Source of the DNA: an uncultured Collinsella sp.
GTDB lineage: Bacteria; Actinomycetota; Coriobacteriia; Coriobacteriales; Coriobacteriaceae
NCBI GenBank assembly: GCA_949294785.1
Contig: CASFIQ010000016.1
Span: 8,770-72,769 of the forward strand
Reading direction: 5' to 3'
Length of the DNA stretch: 64,000 nucleotides
Made by a program: the position numbers and the translations under genes. Each line of letters starts with the position of its first letter. Position 1 is the stretch's first letter. Of the stretch, positions 32,257 through 41,719 are shown piece after piece. The notes under the pieces are model-generated. The model had not been told where the DNA came from. It ran no database searches and saw nothing but the letters and a program-made list of their open reading frames with translations.

Positions 32257-32967
32257 ATGGGAGAGGCGAGGCACCAGCTGCTGCCGCGACTGGGGGACGA
32301 CCCCGCGCGCGAGTACCGGCTCGGTATCATGGGAGGCACCTTCGACCCCATCCACTACGGGCACCTCGTGACCGCCGAGCAGGCGCGCGAGGCGCTCGAC
32401 CTCGACCTGGTGCTGTTCATGCCCGCCGGATCGCCCGCCTTCAAACAGGGTCAGAAGGTCACGAGCGCGGAGGAGCGCTATGCGATGACCGTGCTCGCCA
32501 CCGCCGCTAATCCGGCCTTCTACGCGAGCCGCTTCGAGATCGACCGGCCCGGGGTCACCTATACCGTGGACACCCTGCGCGAGCTGCGTGCCCATTACCC
32601 TGAGAACGTCCATCTGTACTTCATCACCGGTGCCGACGCGATCATCGATATCGTGAGCTGGCACGATGCCGCGGATATCGCCCGCCTGGCGACGCTGATC
32701 GCCGCCACGCGGCCGGGATACGATATCGGCCAGGCGCAGACGCGCATCCATGAGTCGGGGATCGATTTCGATGTCCGCTACATCCAGATCCCCGCGCTCG
32801 CCATCAGCTCGACCAACATCCGCGAGCGCGTCGCGGTGGGCAAGAGCGTCCGCTACCTCACGAGTGAATCGGTGATCGGCTACATCGGGAAGAACGGTCT
32901 GTATGCAGGCGGATCCGATACAGGCGATCGTGAGATCGATGACAGCGACGGTAAGGGAGGTGCCTGA
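32257..32967 (+). CDS. nadD: Nicotinate-nucleotide adenylyltransferase
   Basis: GGTFDPIHYGH, TYTVDTL, ITGAD, ISSTNIR; extended -10 TGGTATGCT at 32214-32222. Confidence 0.96.
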   Translation: MGEARHQLLPRLGDDPAREYRLGIMGGTFDPIHYGHLVTAEQAREALDLDLVLFMPAGSPAFKQGQKVTSAEERYAMTVLATAANPAFYASRFEIDRPGVTYTVDTLRELRAHYPENVHLYFITGADAIIDIVSWHDAADIARLATLIAATRPGYDIGQAQTRIHESGIDFDVRYIQIPALAISSTNIRERVAVGKSVRYLTSESVIGYIGKNGLYAGGSDTGDREIDDSDGKGGA

Positions 32968-33608
32968 TGGGCGCCACATGGATGTGCGAGGGCGAGCTTT
33001 CCTTCACGCCCGAGCAGGAGAAGATCGTTCGCCGCGTACGGGGGCTTCTCGATGTGCGCATGAGCGATGCGCCCAAGCGGCACCGTCATTCCATCGGCGT
33101 CGCCCAGACCGCCGCCTCCCTTGCGATCGCCTACGACGTGGACGTCTTCTCCGCATTCGTCGCGGGCCTCATTCACGATTGGGACAAGGTGGTCGCCGAC
33201 GACGAGCTCGTCGCGCGGGCCATCCGCTACCAGATTCCCATCGAGGGCTCGCCCGCGCTCGCGGTGCCGCTGCTCCATGGCCCTGTGGCGGCGCGCGAGC
33301 TCCCCGAGCTCTTCCCTGAGCTCGACGCCTCGATATTCCAGGCGGTCGCGCGTCATACCACCGCCGCCAGCGACATGACGCCGCTCGACATGGTCGTCTT
33401 CACCGCCGACGCGATCGAACCCGGTCGCCGCGGCGACTACGCCGACCGCCTGCGCGGCATGGTGGGGGACGTCGCGCTCGATGATCTTTACTTCACCTGT
33501 TTCACCGGCGGGCTCGTCTACGTTATGGAGACGGGGCGCTATCTGTACCCCACGGCGATCGATATCTACAACGATTTCGTTTTGAACCACAGGAAAGGGA
33601 AAGCATGA
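32967..33608 (+). CDS. yqeK: YqeK-family HD hydrolase (Ap4A hydrolase)
   Basis: RHRHSIGVA, LIHDWDK, LHGPVAA, HTT, ADAIEPGR; canonical nadD-yqeK-rsfS context. Confidence 0.88.
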   Translation: MGATWMCEGELSFTPEQEKIVRRVRGLLDVRMSDAPKRHRHSIGVAQTAASLAIAYDVDVFSAFVAGLIHDWDKVVADDELVARAIRYQIPIEGSPALAVPLLHGPVAARELPELFPELDASIFQAVARHTTAASDMTPLDMVVFTADAIEPGRRGDYADRLRGMVGDVALDDLYFTCFTGGLVYVMETGRYLYPTAIDIYNDFVLNHRKGKA

Positions 33609-34099
33609 CCGACACCACGAATCAGACCGAGAATCTCCAGGATACCGAGGCCGTTATCGCCATCGATGGCGACGAGGCCCCCATCGAGCGCGAGGACAGC
33701 TTCGCCGCGAGCGCCGATCGCAGCGCCGCATCGCTTTCGAGCCGCGGCGTCTCCGCCGAGGAGCTCGCCCGCGCGGCCGCGCAGGCTGCCTTCGACAAGA
33801 AGGCCGAGGACGTCCAGGTGCTCGATCTGACCGCGCTCTCCGACGTCTGCGATTTCTTCGTGATCGCCTCGGGTCTCAACGCCCGCCAGGTCGATACCAT
33901 CATCGACGAGATCGAGGAGAAGGTCGCTGAGACGACGGGGGAGAAGCCCTTCTCGATCGAGGGGCGCGACCAGCGCACCTGGATCCTCATGGATTACGGC
34001 TCGGTGGTGGTCCATGTGTTCACGCCGGAGGCGCGCGAGTACTACCGTCTCGAGAAGCTCTGGGGCGATGCGCCCCAGCTCGCGCTCGAGCTGGTCTAG
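33605..34099 (+). CDS. rsfS: Ribosome silencing factor RsfS
   Basis: DKKAEDV, DFFVIASG, WILMDYGSVVVHVF, YYRLEKLWGD. Confidence 0.96.
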   Translation: MTDTTNQTENLQDTEAVIAIDGDEAPIEREDSFAASADRSAASLSSRGVSAEELARAAAQAAFDKKAEDVQVLDLTALSDVCDFFVIASGLNARQVDTIIDEIEEKVAETTGEKPFSIEGRDQRTWILMDYGSVVVHVFTPEAREYYRLEKLWGDAPQLALELV

Positions 34100-34101
34100 C
34101 G

Positions 34102-35373
34102 CTACCGGTCGCGGCGGCGCGCCACGGGTTTCTCGAATCGCGCCGCCCGACCGAATCCCACTGCGCCGTCCCCGAATCGCTGGCGGATATCATCGATCGC
34201 AACGGATAGGCCTCGCCGCTCGCTCGACATCGCACCGCGCTCGTCCACGGGGCAGAAGAGGTCCTCCTGTATTCCGCCCTCGTGATCGAATTCGCTCATG
34301 CCGATCCCGAGCAGGCGCACGTGCATGCCGCGCTCCCAGACCTGATCCAGCAGCTCGCGCGCGGCCGGTACGAACACGTTCTCGTCGTCGGTCGGGTGCG
34401 GCAGCTTCCGCTGGATCGTGCGGCCTTGGCCGTACGAGAACTTCAGCTTGACGGTGACGGTGCGTCCGATGAGGCCCTTCTTGCGCAGCCGGGTCCCCAC
34501 GCTCTCTCCCAGAAGCGCCAGCGCGGCGTCCACATCGGCGCGGTCGGTGAGGTCGCGGGCGAAGGTGCGCTCGTTGCTCACCGATTTCACCTCGCGCGGC
34601 TCGGCGGCCTCGCGCACGCGGCTCGTCTCCACGCCTAAGGCGCGCAGGCGCATCGTCTCGGCATTCGCGCCGAAGACCGCGCGCAACCGCGTCTCGGGCG
34701 CTGAGGCGAGCTGACCCAAGGTTCTGATTTGCATCTTGGCCAGGGCGCTCTCCGCGCTCGTTCCGATCCCGCTCATCGCGCGAACGGGGAGGGGCGCCAG
34801 GAAGGCGCGCTCCGTACCCGGCCATACCACCGTCAGCCCCCGGGGCTTGTCGCGCTCGCTCGCGATCTTGGCGACCGATTTGCTCGTCCCCAGCCCGATC
34901 GAGCACGTGATACCAAGGTCCGCCACGCGCCGCTGGATGCGGCGGGCGACTTCGACCGGCCCCTCGGTAGCGAACCTGCCGGGCGTGATATCGAAGAACG
35001 CCTCGTCGATCGACACCTGCTCGAGATAGGGCGTCTCATCCGAGATGAACGCCATCACCTGGGAGCTGAGCTCCCGGTAGCGGTCGAAGTGCCCATGGGT
35101 CCAGATCGCATCGGGGCAGAGGCGCCTGGCCTGCGCAGACGGCATGGCCGAGTGCACCCCGTAGCGGCGCGCCTCATAGGACGCGGTGGATACCACGCCC
35201 CGCTCGTCGGCATCGCCGCCCACGATCACGGGCTTGCCGCGCCAATCAGGATGATCGAGCTGCTCGACGCTCGCGAAGAACGCGTCAAGGTCCAACAGCC
35301 CGATCGCCGGGCCGTGCCAAGCGCCTGTCAGCTCTCGGGCGGCACGGGGATCTATGTCGCGTGTCATATCCAT
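34102..35373 (-). CDS. dinB: DNA polymerase IV (Y family)
   Basis: DLDAFFASVE, STASYEAR, SIDEAF, KIASERDKPRG, little-finger KSVSNERTF. Confidence 0.95.
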   Translation of the reverse strand: MDMTRDIDPRAARELTGAWHGPAIGLLDLDAFFASVEQLDHPDWRGKPVIVGGDADERGVVSTASYEARRYGVHSAMPSAQARRLCPDAIWTHGHFDRYRELSSQVMAFISDETPYLEQVSIDEAFFDITPGRFATEGPVEVARRIQRRVADLGITCSIGLGTSKSVAKIASERDKPRGLTVVWPGTERAFLAPLPVRAMSGIGTSAESALAKMQIRTLGQLASAPETRLRAVFGANAETMRLRALGVETSRVREAAEPREVKSVSNERTFARDLTDRADVDAALALLGESVGTRLRKKGLIGRTVTVKLKFSYGQGRTIQRKLPHPTDDENVFVPAARELLDQVWERGMHVRLLGIGMSEFDHEGGIQEDLFCPVDERGAMSSERRGLSVAIDDIRQRFGDGAVGFGRAARFEKPVARRRDR

Positions 35374-35544
35374 AGATGCAGTATAGGGCTTGCAAAACCG
35401 CCCGGAGTGTGTAGGATATGGAAAGGCCTGCGGAATTTCCGAAGACATGGGGCGTTGCCATGTCAAGAGCCCGTCCGTTGGCGTATCATACAACCGTTTG
35501 TCTGTAGTCGCAGCTCGGATGCTGCATGGTAGGAGGAGTTTTCA

Positions 35545-35889
35545 TTGGCAGTCAAGATTCGCCTCGCCCGTCACGGCTCTAAGAAGCGCCCGTACTATCG
35601 CGTGGTCGTCACCGATTCCCGCAACCGTCGCGAGGGTCGTCCGATCGAGGAGGTCGGCCGTTACAACCCGCTGACCAACCCGAAGACCATCAGCCTCGAT
35701 CTTGAGAAGATCGCCGACTGGCAGTCCAAGGGCGCTCAGCTCTCCGATGCCGTCGCCGCGCTTGTGCGCGCTGCCGAGGCTGGCGAGAAGGCCGCTGCCG
35801 AGCCCAAGAAGTCCAAGAAGCAGCTCGCCAAGGAGGCCGAGGCCGCCAAGGCCGCCGCAGCCGCCGAGGCCGAGGGCGCTGAGGAGTAA
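35545..35889 (+). CDS. rpsP: 30S ribosomal protein S16
   Basis: [27 protein letters not shown]; TTG start after AGGAGG. Confidence 0.98.
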   Translation: MAVKIRLARHGSKKRPYYRVVVTDSRNRREGRPIEEVGRYNPLTNPKTISLDLEKIADWQSKGAQLSDAVAALVRAAEAGEKAAAEPKKSKKQLAKEAEAAKAAAAAEAEGAEE

Positions 35890-35892
35890 CCC

Positions 35893-36177
35893 GTGTCCGA
35901 GGAGCTGACCGAAACGCTCGAGGACGAGGAGCTCTTGAGCGACCGCATCGCCGACCTCGTCGAGTACCTGGTCGTGAACATCGTCGACGATGCCGATGCG
36001 GTGAGCCTCGAGGTCATCGATCGCCCGGATGCCTCCACGATCGAGGTGTCCGTGGCAGAGCCCGACGTCGCCAAGGTCATCGGGCGTCACGGGCGCACCA
36101 TCAAGGCGATTCGGACCCTTGCCCGCGCGCTCGCGGCGCGGCTGGGCACCTCCGTCGAGGTCGAGGTCCTGGGTTAG
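35893..36177 (+). CDS. khpA: KH-domain RNA-binding protein (KhpA)
   Basis: KVIGRHGRTIKAIR GxxG loop, between rpsP and rimM. Confidence 0.9.
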   Translation: MSEELTETLEDEELLSDRIADLVEYLVVNIVDDADAVSLEVIDRPDASTIEVSVAEPDVAKVIGRHGRTIKAIRTLARALAARLGTSVEVEVLG

Positions 36178-36183
36178 GGACCC

Positions 36184-36735
36184 GTGTCCGTCGCGTACAT
36201 GAACATAGCCCGTGTCCTCAAGGCGCACGGGAGATTCGGGGAGGTCTCCGTAGCTGCGCTGCGGGGCCTCCCGCTTTTGCTCGAGCGGGGGCTCACGGTC
36301 GCCCTCACGCCCCCGGCGCTCGACCGCGACCGCTTCTGCCGTGTCGAGGAGGTATCGCGCGGCGGCGACGTCGCCTACGTCAAGTTCTCCGGGATCGATT
36401 CGATCGCCGATGCCCAGGCGGTCGAGGGCTGCCATGTACTCGCGCGTCGCGACGACGTCGATCTGGGTCCGCTCGATATCGCCTATGACGAGCTCGTCGG
36501 CCGCACCGTCATCGATGCGCGCTACGGGGAGCTCGGTTCGGTGCGCGAGGTCATGGAGACCCCGGCAAACGACGTCTGGGTCATCGACGGGGGAGCCTAC
36601 GGCGAGGTCCTCGTTCCTGTCATCGAGAGCGTCGTCTCCTCGATCCCGCCTGCGGGCGCGATCCGCGTTACCGTCATGGACGGCCTCATCGATGCCGCAG
36701 CGCCGGATGCTCCCGGATCGGGTGGTGCCGCGTGA
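36184..36735 (+). CDS. rimM: Ribosome maturation factor RimM
   Basis: AHGRFGEV, TPANDVW, EVLVP; context. Confidence 0.92.
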   Translation: MSVAYMNIARVLKAHGRFGEVSVAALRGLPLLLERGLTVALTPPALDRDRFCRVEEVSRGGDVAYVKFSGIDSIADAQAVEGCHVLARRDDVDLGPLDIAYDELVGRTVIDARYGELGSVREVMETPANDVWVIDGGAYGEVLVPVIESVVSSIPPAGAIRVTVMDGLIDAAAPDAPGSGGAA

Positions 36736-37484
36736 TCATCGAGGCGCTCACCGTGTTTCCCGAGATGTTCGAACCGGTCATGTCCACTTCGATCCTGGGG
36801 CGTGCCCGACGAGCCGGGATCTTCGATTTCACGGCATACGACCTGCGCGATTGGACGCACGACCGGCATCGCACCGTGGACGATGCGCCCTATGGCGGCG
36901 GCGCGGGCATGCTCATGAAGGTCGAGCCCATCGCCGAGGCCCTCGATTGTCTGCGCTCCCGCGGTCCCCGGCCCCATATCGTGTTCTTCACCCCATGCGG
37001 CGACCGCTTCGATGAGCGCGTCGCCGAGCGCTTGGCCACCAAGGAGCGGCTCCTGTTCGTCTGCGGCCGCTACGAGGGCATGGACGAACGCGCCTACGCT
37101 TACGCCGACGAGCGCCTTTCGATCGGCGATTACGTGCTCACGGGTGGAGAGCTCGCCGCGATGGTCGTCTCGGATGCCGTCATCCGGCTGCTGCCGGGCG
37201 CTCTGGGCGATGCCGAGAGCTCCGTTGACGAGTCCTTCGCAGGCGGCGAGGGCGGCGGCCTCCTTGAGTACGAGCAGTACACCCGTCCCGCGAGCTTCCG
37301 CGGCTCCGATGTCCCGGAGATCCTGCTCTCAGGCGACCATGCGCGCGTCGCCCGGTGGCGGCGCCTCAACGCGATCGAGCGCACCTGTCGCTGGAGGCCC
37401 GACCTCATCGCCGACGCCGACCTCACACCCGAGGAGCGCGCCCATGCCGAGCGGTTTATGGCGGGTCTCGGCGGGGTACAGTGA
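36732..37484 (+). CDS. trmD: tRNA (guanine37-N1)-methyltransferase
   Basis: VDDAPYGGGAGM, CGRYEGMDER, SIGDYVLTGGE, YTRP. Confidence 0.98.
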   Translation: MIIEALTVFPEMFEPVMSTSILGRARRAGIFDFTAYDLRDWTHDRHRTVDDAPYGGGAGMLMKVEPIAEALDCLRSRGPRPHIVFFTPCGDRFDERVAERLATKERLLFVCGRYEGMDERAYAYADERLSIGDYVLTGGELAAMVVSDAVIRLLPGALGDAESSVDESFAGGEGGGLLEYEQYTRPASFRGSDVPEILLSGDHARVARWRRLNAIERTCRWRPDLIADADLTPEERAHAERFMAGLGGVQ

Positions 37485-37517
37485 GAGGGTCCGTCAATGT
37501 CGAGGGAGGGGGCGCAT

Positions 37518-38081
37518 ATGGCGCCGTCCGATAAGCCGTCGTTCCTGCGCAGCCTCATCGAATGGATCGTCATCTTCGCGATCGCCTGCGCCGCCATGCT
37601 GGCGCTGCGCGCTTTCGTGGTCGAGCCCTACCGGGTGCCCACCGCCTCGATGGATCCCACCATCCAGGTGGACGACCAGATCATCGGCGAGAAGGTGTCG
37701 CTTGCGATGGGCGACCCCGTCGATCAGGGCGACATCGTCGTCTTCCAGAATCCGGAATCCGATTCGGAGCATGTGGTCCTCGTGAAGCGCGTCATCGCCG
37801 TGGGCGGCCAGACGGTCGACCTGCGCTACGGTCGCGTCTATGTGGACGGGGAGCAGCTCGATGAGCCCTATGCGCAAGGCAGCACCTATCCGCTGCCCCT
37901 TCAGCTGGGCGGCATGGACCTCGCCTTCCCCTACACCGTGCCCGAGGGGTGTATCTGGGTGATGGGGGACAACCGCGAGAACTCGAAGGACTCGCGCTAC
38001 TTCGGCGCCGTGAGCGAGGACGGCGTCATTGCGGTCGCGATCGCACGGTACTGGCCCCTCGACCGGGTCGGTCTGCTCTGA
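37518..38081 (+). CDS. lepB: Signal peptidase I
   Basis: TM, catalytic Ser (TASMDPT), Lys (VKRVIA), GDNRENSKDSR; alternative start 37497. Confidence 0.95.
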   Translation: MAPSDKPSFLRSLIEWIVIFAIACAAMLALRAFVVEPYRVPTASMDPTIQVDDQIIGEKVSLAMGDPVDQGDIVVFQNPESDSEHVVLVKRVIAVGGQTVDLRYGRVYVDGEQLDEPYAQGSTYPLPLQLGGMDLAFPYTVPEGCIWVMGDNRENSKDSRYFGAVSEDGVIAVAIARYWPLDRVGLL

Positions 38082-38262
38082 CGCGATGCGGGCCCCGCTC
38101 TTCAACAGCAACGGTACCTCCCGCCGTGCACGGCTCTCTCGTGCCCTTCACGGCTTCGTTTGCAGAGAGTTCGCGCACGGTCGCGTCGTGGATGCGAAGG
38201 CGCCGTGGTTGGGATACCATTGAGCACGTTGTGCACATTCTAGTGAAGGGGATAACGAGGGC

Positions 38263-39174
38263 ATGAATGCTGAAGCTCTGACCTTCCAGGACATCATCTT
38301 GCGTCTCCAGCAGTATTGGGGCGCCCAGGGTTGCGTCATCATGCAGCCGTACGACTCCGAGGTGGGCGCGGGCACCTTCCACACCGCGACGACGCTGCGC
38401 TCTCTCGGGCCCGCCGCCTGGCGCACCTGCTATTGCCAGCCCTGCCGCCGTCCCGCCGACGGCCGCTACGGCGAGAACCCCAACCGCATGCAGCACTACT
38501 ACCAGTTCCAGGTGCTGATCAAGCCGAGCCCGGAGAACTCCCAGGAGCTCTACCTCGACTCACTCAAGGCCATCGGCATCGACCCGGCCGATCACGACAT
38601 CCGCTTCGTCGAGGACGACTGGGAGAGCCCCACGCTCGGCGCCTGGGGTCTTGGCTGGGAGGTCTGGCTGAACGGCATGGAGGTCACCCAGTTCACGTAC
38701 TTCCAGCAGGTGGGCGGTATCGAGGTCGACCCGGTCCCCGTCGAGATCACCTACGGCCTGGAGCGTCTGGCCATGTACGTCCAGGGCGTCGACTCCGTCT
38801 ACGACCTCGTGTGGAGCTACCTGCCCGACGGCACCGCGATGACCTACGGCGACGTGTTCCTGGAGAACGAGCGCGAGTTCTCGGCGTACAACTTCGAGGT
38901 CGCCGATGTGGAGATGATGCGCCAGAAGTTCGATGATTACGAGCGGGAATGCCATTCCTGCCTCGCTGCCAAGCTTCCGCTTCCCGCCTACGATTGCGTC
39001 ATGAAGTGCAGCCACGCCTTCAACATCCTGGATGCGCGCGGAGCGCTCTCAGCGGTCGAGCGCGCCAACTACATCCTGCGCGTCCGCACCGTCGCCAAGG
39101 CCTGCTGCGAGGCGTATCTCGCCGAGGTGGCGGGGAAGACCGACGCCGCGACCACGGAAGGTGAGGTGGCCTAA
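38263..39174 (+). CDS. glyQ: Glycine-tRNA ligase alpha subunit
   Basis: [44 protein letters not shown]. Confidence 0.98.
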   Translation: MNAEALTFQDIILRLQQYWGAQGCVIMQPYDSEVGAGTFHTATTLRSLGPAAWRTCYCQPCRRPADGRYGENPNRMQHYYQFQVLIKPSPENSQELYLDSLKAIGIDPADHDIRFVEDDWESPTLGAWGLGWEVWLNGMEVTQFTYFQQVGGIEVDPVPVEITYGLERLAMYVQGVDSVYDLVWSYLPDGTAMTYGDVFLENEREFSAYNFEVADVEMMRQKFDDYERECHSCLAAKLPLPAYDCVMKCSHAFNILDARGALSAVERANYILRVRTVAKACCEAYLAEVAGKTDAATTEGEVA

Positions 39175-39175
39175 C

Positions 39176-41272
39176 ATGGCTGAGACCCGTGACTTCTTGT
39201 TCGAGATCGGCACCGAGGAGATGCCCTCGGCGCCGCTCATGAACGCCGTCAAGCAGCTTGCACCCATGATGGAGAAGGGGCTCGACGATGCCGGCCTCGC
39301 CCATGGCGCGGTCCGTGTCGTTTCCAGCCCGCGGCGTCTTGCGGTGCTGGTTTCCGACGTGGCCGTTGCGACCGACGAGGTCCATGAGGTGAAGCGCGGC
39401 CCCGCGGCGCAGATCGCCTTCGATGCGCAGGGCGCGCCCACCAAGGCCGCTGAGGGCTTCGCGCGCAAGTGCGGCGTCGCCGCCTCCGACCTCATCCGCC
39501 GTGAGGATACCGACGGGCGCGAGTACGTCTTCGTGGAGAAGACCATCCCCTCGGCTCCCGCGGCACCGATCCTCTCGACGCTCTGCGAGTCCATCATCGC
39601 CGGGCTCGAATGGCCCAACTACCGCAGCCAGCGCTGGGGTTCCACGCACCAGACCTTCGTGCGCCCGGTGCGCTGGATCTGCGCGCTTCTGGGTTCCGAC
39701 GTGGTTCCGGTCCGCTATGCGGACGTCGAGTCGGGCAACATGACGCGCGGTCACCGCGTGCTCGCCCCGGGCGATCACGTGGTCGCCGAGCCCTCCGTCT
39801 ACGAGCAGGTGCTCGAGTCCGCCGGCGTACTCTCCGAGGAGCGTCGCCGCGCGGTCATCGCTGAGGGCATCGCACAGGTGGAGGCCGAGCGCGGCGGTGC
39901 CCATGTGGACACACCCAAGAAGGTCCTGGACGAGGTCGTGAACCTTTGCGAGTGGCCGACGGTCCTCGTGGGCCGCTTCGACGAGGAGTTCCTCGCCGTC
40001 CCGCATGAGATCATCTGCGAGTCCATGCTCTCCAACCAACGCTATTTCCCCATCTACGATGCCCAGGGCAACCTCACGCGCGAGTTCGTCGTCGTTGCAA
40101 ACGGGCGTCCGGATTGCGCCGAGACCATCGTCGACGGCAACGAGCGCGTGGTGCGCGCGCGCCTGTACGATGCGAAGTTCTTCTACGACGAGGACCTCAA
40201 GGTCCCGCTTGAGGAGTTCCGTTCGCGCCTTGCCTCCGTCGCCTTCCAGGAGAAGCTCGGCACCGTGCTCCAGAAGTCCGAGCGCATCGAGGACCTCGCC
40301 CTCGCCATCGCATCCGAGGCCCGCGTGGGTGCTCACGCCGCATCCGACGCGCAGCGCGCCGCGCATTTCGCCAAGGCGGACCTGGTCTCCGCGGCCGTCG
40401 TGGAGTTCACGAGCCAGCAGGGCGTCATGGGCGGATACTACGCGCTCGCACAGGGCGAGTCCGAAGAGGTCGCTTCCGCGATCCGCGACCAGTACCGCCC
40501 GCGCTTCGCGGGGGACGACCTGCCGCAGGGTATCGCGGGGTGCATCGTCGCCGTCGCGGACAAGCTCGATACCATCGCCGGTATGTTCGCGATCGGCGAG
40601 CCGCCCACCGGTTCCAAGGATCCGTTCGCGCTGCGCCGCTCCGCTATCGGCATCATCAACATCCTGCGCGAGCGGCTGGGTTGCGCCTTCGAGCCCCTGG
40701 TCGCGTCCGCGCTCGATGCCTATGCGGATCAGGGCATCTCCTTCGATAAGGCAGAGGTCAGCGCGGCCGTGTGCGCGTTTCTGAAGGGACGTATGGAGCA
40801 GATGGCGCGCGACGCCCGCATTCCCGTGGATGTCGTCGCCGCGGTCTCGGCCGGTTCCGTCACCGCTCCGGTCCAGTTCTTCGCGCTCGCCGAGGCACTT
40901 GCCGCCGCGCGCGAGGAGGACCCCGACACGTTCGAGAACCTCGCGACCGCCTATGCCCGTGCCAGCCATCTGGCGGACCCCGCGCTGGGATGCGAGGTCG
41001 ATGAGGGGCTTCTGGGGGACGCCGAGCGCGAACTGCTCTCTGCCACCGATGCGGCTTCCACCGAGGTCGAGCGCACGCTCGGCGCCAAGGATTTCGACGC
41101 CCTCATCGCCGCGCTCGCGGGCCTGCGCGCGCCGATCGACCGCTTCTTCGACGACGTGCTCGTCATGGATGAGGACGCAGCGCTTCGCGAGAACCGCCTG
41201 CGGCTCCTGAACCGCTTCGAGTCGGTGTTCGCCGGAGTCGCCGATATCGGCGAGCTCGCCCGCAAGAAATAG
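39176..41272 (+). CDS. glyS: Glycine-tRNA ligase beta subunit
   Basis: FEIGTEEMP, SPRRLAV, FVRPVRW, GNERVVRARL, TGSKDPFALRR, ENRLRLL. Confidence 0.97.
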   Translation: MAETRDFLFEIGTEEMPSAPLMNAVKQLAPMMEKGLDDAGLAHGAVRVVSSPRRLAVLVSDVAVATDEVHEVKRGPAAQIAFDAQGAPTKAAEGFARKCGVAASDLIRREDTDGREYVFVEKTIPSAPAAPILSTLCESIIAGLEWPNYRSQRWGSTHQTFVRPVRWICALLGSDVVPVRYADVESGNMTRGHRVLAPGDHVVAEPSVYEQVLESAGVLSEERRRAVIAEGIAQVEAERGGAHVDTPKKVLDEVVNLCEWPTVLVGRFDEEFLAVPHEIICESMLSNQRYFPIYDAQGNLTREFVVVANGRPDCAETIVDGNERVVRARLYDAKFFYDEDLKVPLEEFRSRLASVAFQEKLGTVLQKSERIEDLALAIASEARVGAHAASDAQRAAHFAKADLVSAAVVEFTSQQGVMGGYYALAQGESEEVASAIRDQYRPRFAGDDLPQGIAGCIVAVADKLDTIAGMFAIGEPPTGSKDPFALRRSAIGIINILRERLGCAFEPLVASALDAYADQGISFDKAEVSAAVCAFLKGRMEQMARDARIPVDVVAAVSAGSVTAPVQFFALAEALAAAREEDPDTFENLATAYARASHLADPALGCEVDEGLLGDAERELLSATDAASTEVERTLGAKDFDALIAALAGLRAPIDRFFDDVLVMDEDAALRENRLRLLNRFESVFAGVADIGELARKK

Positions 41273-41308
41273 CTCTGTGCGTTATCGCAACCCGCTTGTC
41301 TAGACGCT

Positions 41309-41342
41309 ACCGCCCCGGTGCCTTACGGTTCCGGGGCGGTTC
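41309..41342. terminator. Hairpin between convergent glyS and Hpt gene
   Basis: ACCGCCCCGG-N12-CCGGGGCGGT perfect 10-bp stem. Confidence 0.7.
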
Positions 41343-41366
41343 GCTCATATCGGCCCGTTATGATGC

Positions 41367-41711
41367 TCAGTGTGATTCGCATGCACTGCGGATTGCGCGG
41401 TAGGCATCGCCAAGCTCGCCTCTGAGCGCCTGTGCGGCGGCGAGGTCACCGTCACGGAGATCGCCGAGCATGCGGGTCGCGACATCCTGGAGGCGCGTCA
41501 TGGAAAGGTTCGCGGCGACCCCCTTGAGGGTGTGCGCGGCCGCCGCAGCACCTTCGACATCGCCCCCATCGAGGGCGCGTTCCAGCTTCTCGAACGACTG
41601 GTCCGACATGAAGACGTCAAGCAGCTGATTGAGCAGGCTCTCGTTGCCCAGAAGCCGCTCGAGCGCGCCATCGACATCCATTCCCGCTGCCATAAGGGAT
41701 GCTCGGTCCAT
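41367..41711 (-). CDS. Stand-alone Hpt (histidine phosphotransfer) protein
   Basis: GMDVDGALERL, AAHTLKGVAANLS; ATG 41711 after GAGGTG. Confidence 0.92.
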   Translation of the reverse strand: MDRASLMAAGMDVDGALERLLGNESLLNQLLDVFMSDQSFEKLERALDGGDVEGAAAAAHTLKGVAANLSMTRLQDVATRMLGDLRDGDLAAAQALRGELGDAYRAIRSACESH

Positions 41712-41719
41712 AAGCCACC

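Noticed and set aside
38082-38262. T-box riboswitch upstream of glyQ
   Set aside because: No T-box consensus or terminator/antiterminator, and the likely -10 (TACCAT 38215-38220) leaves too short a leader
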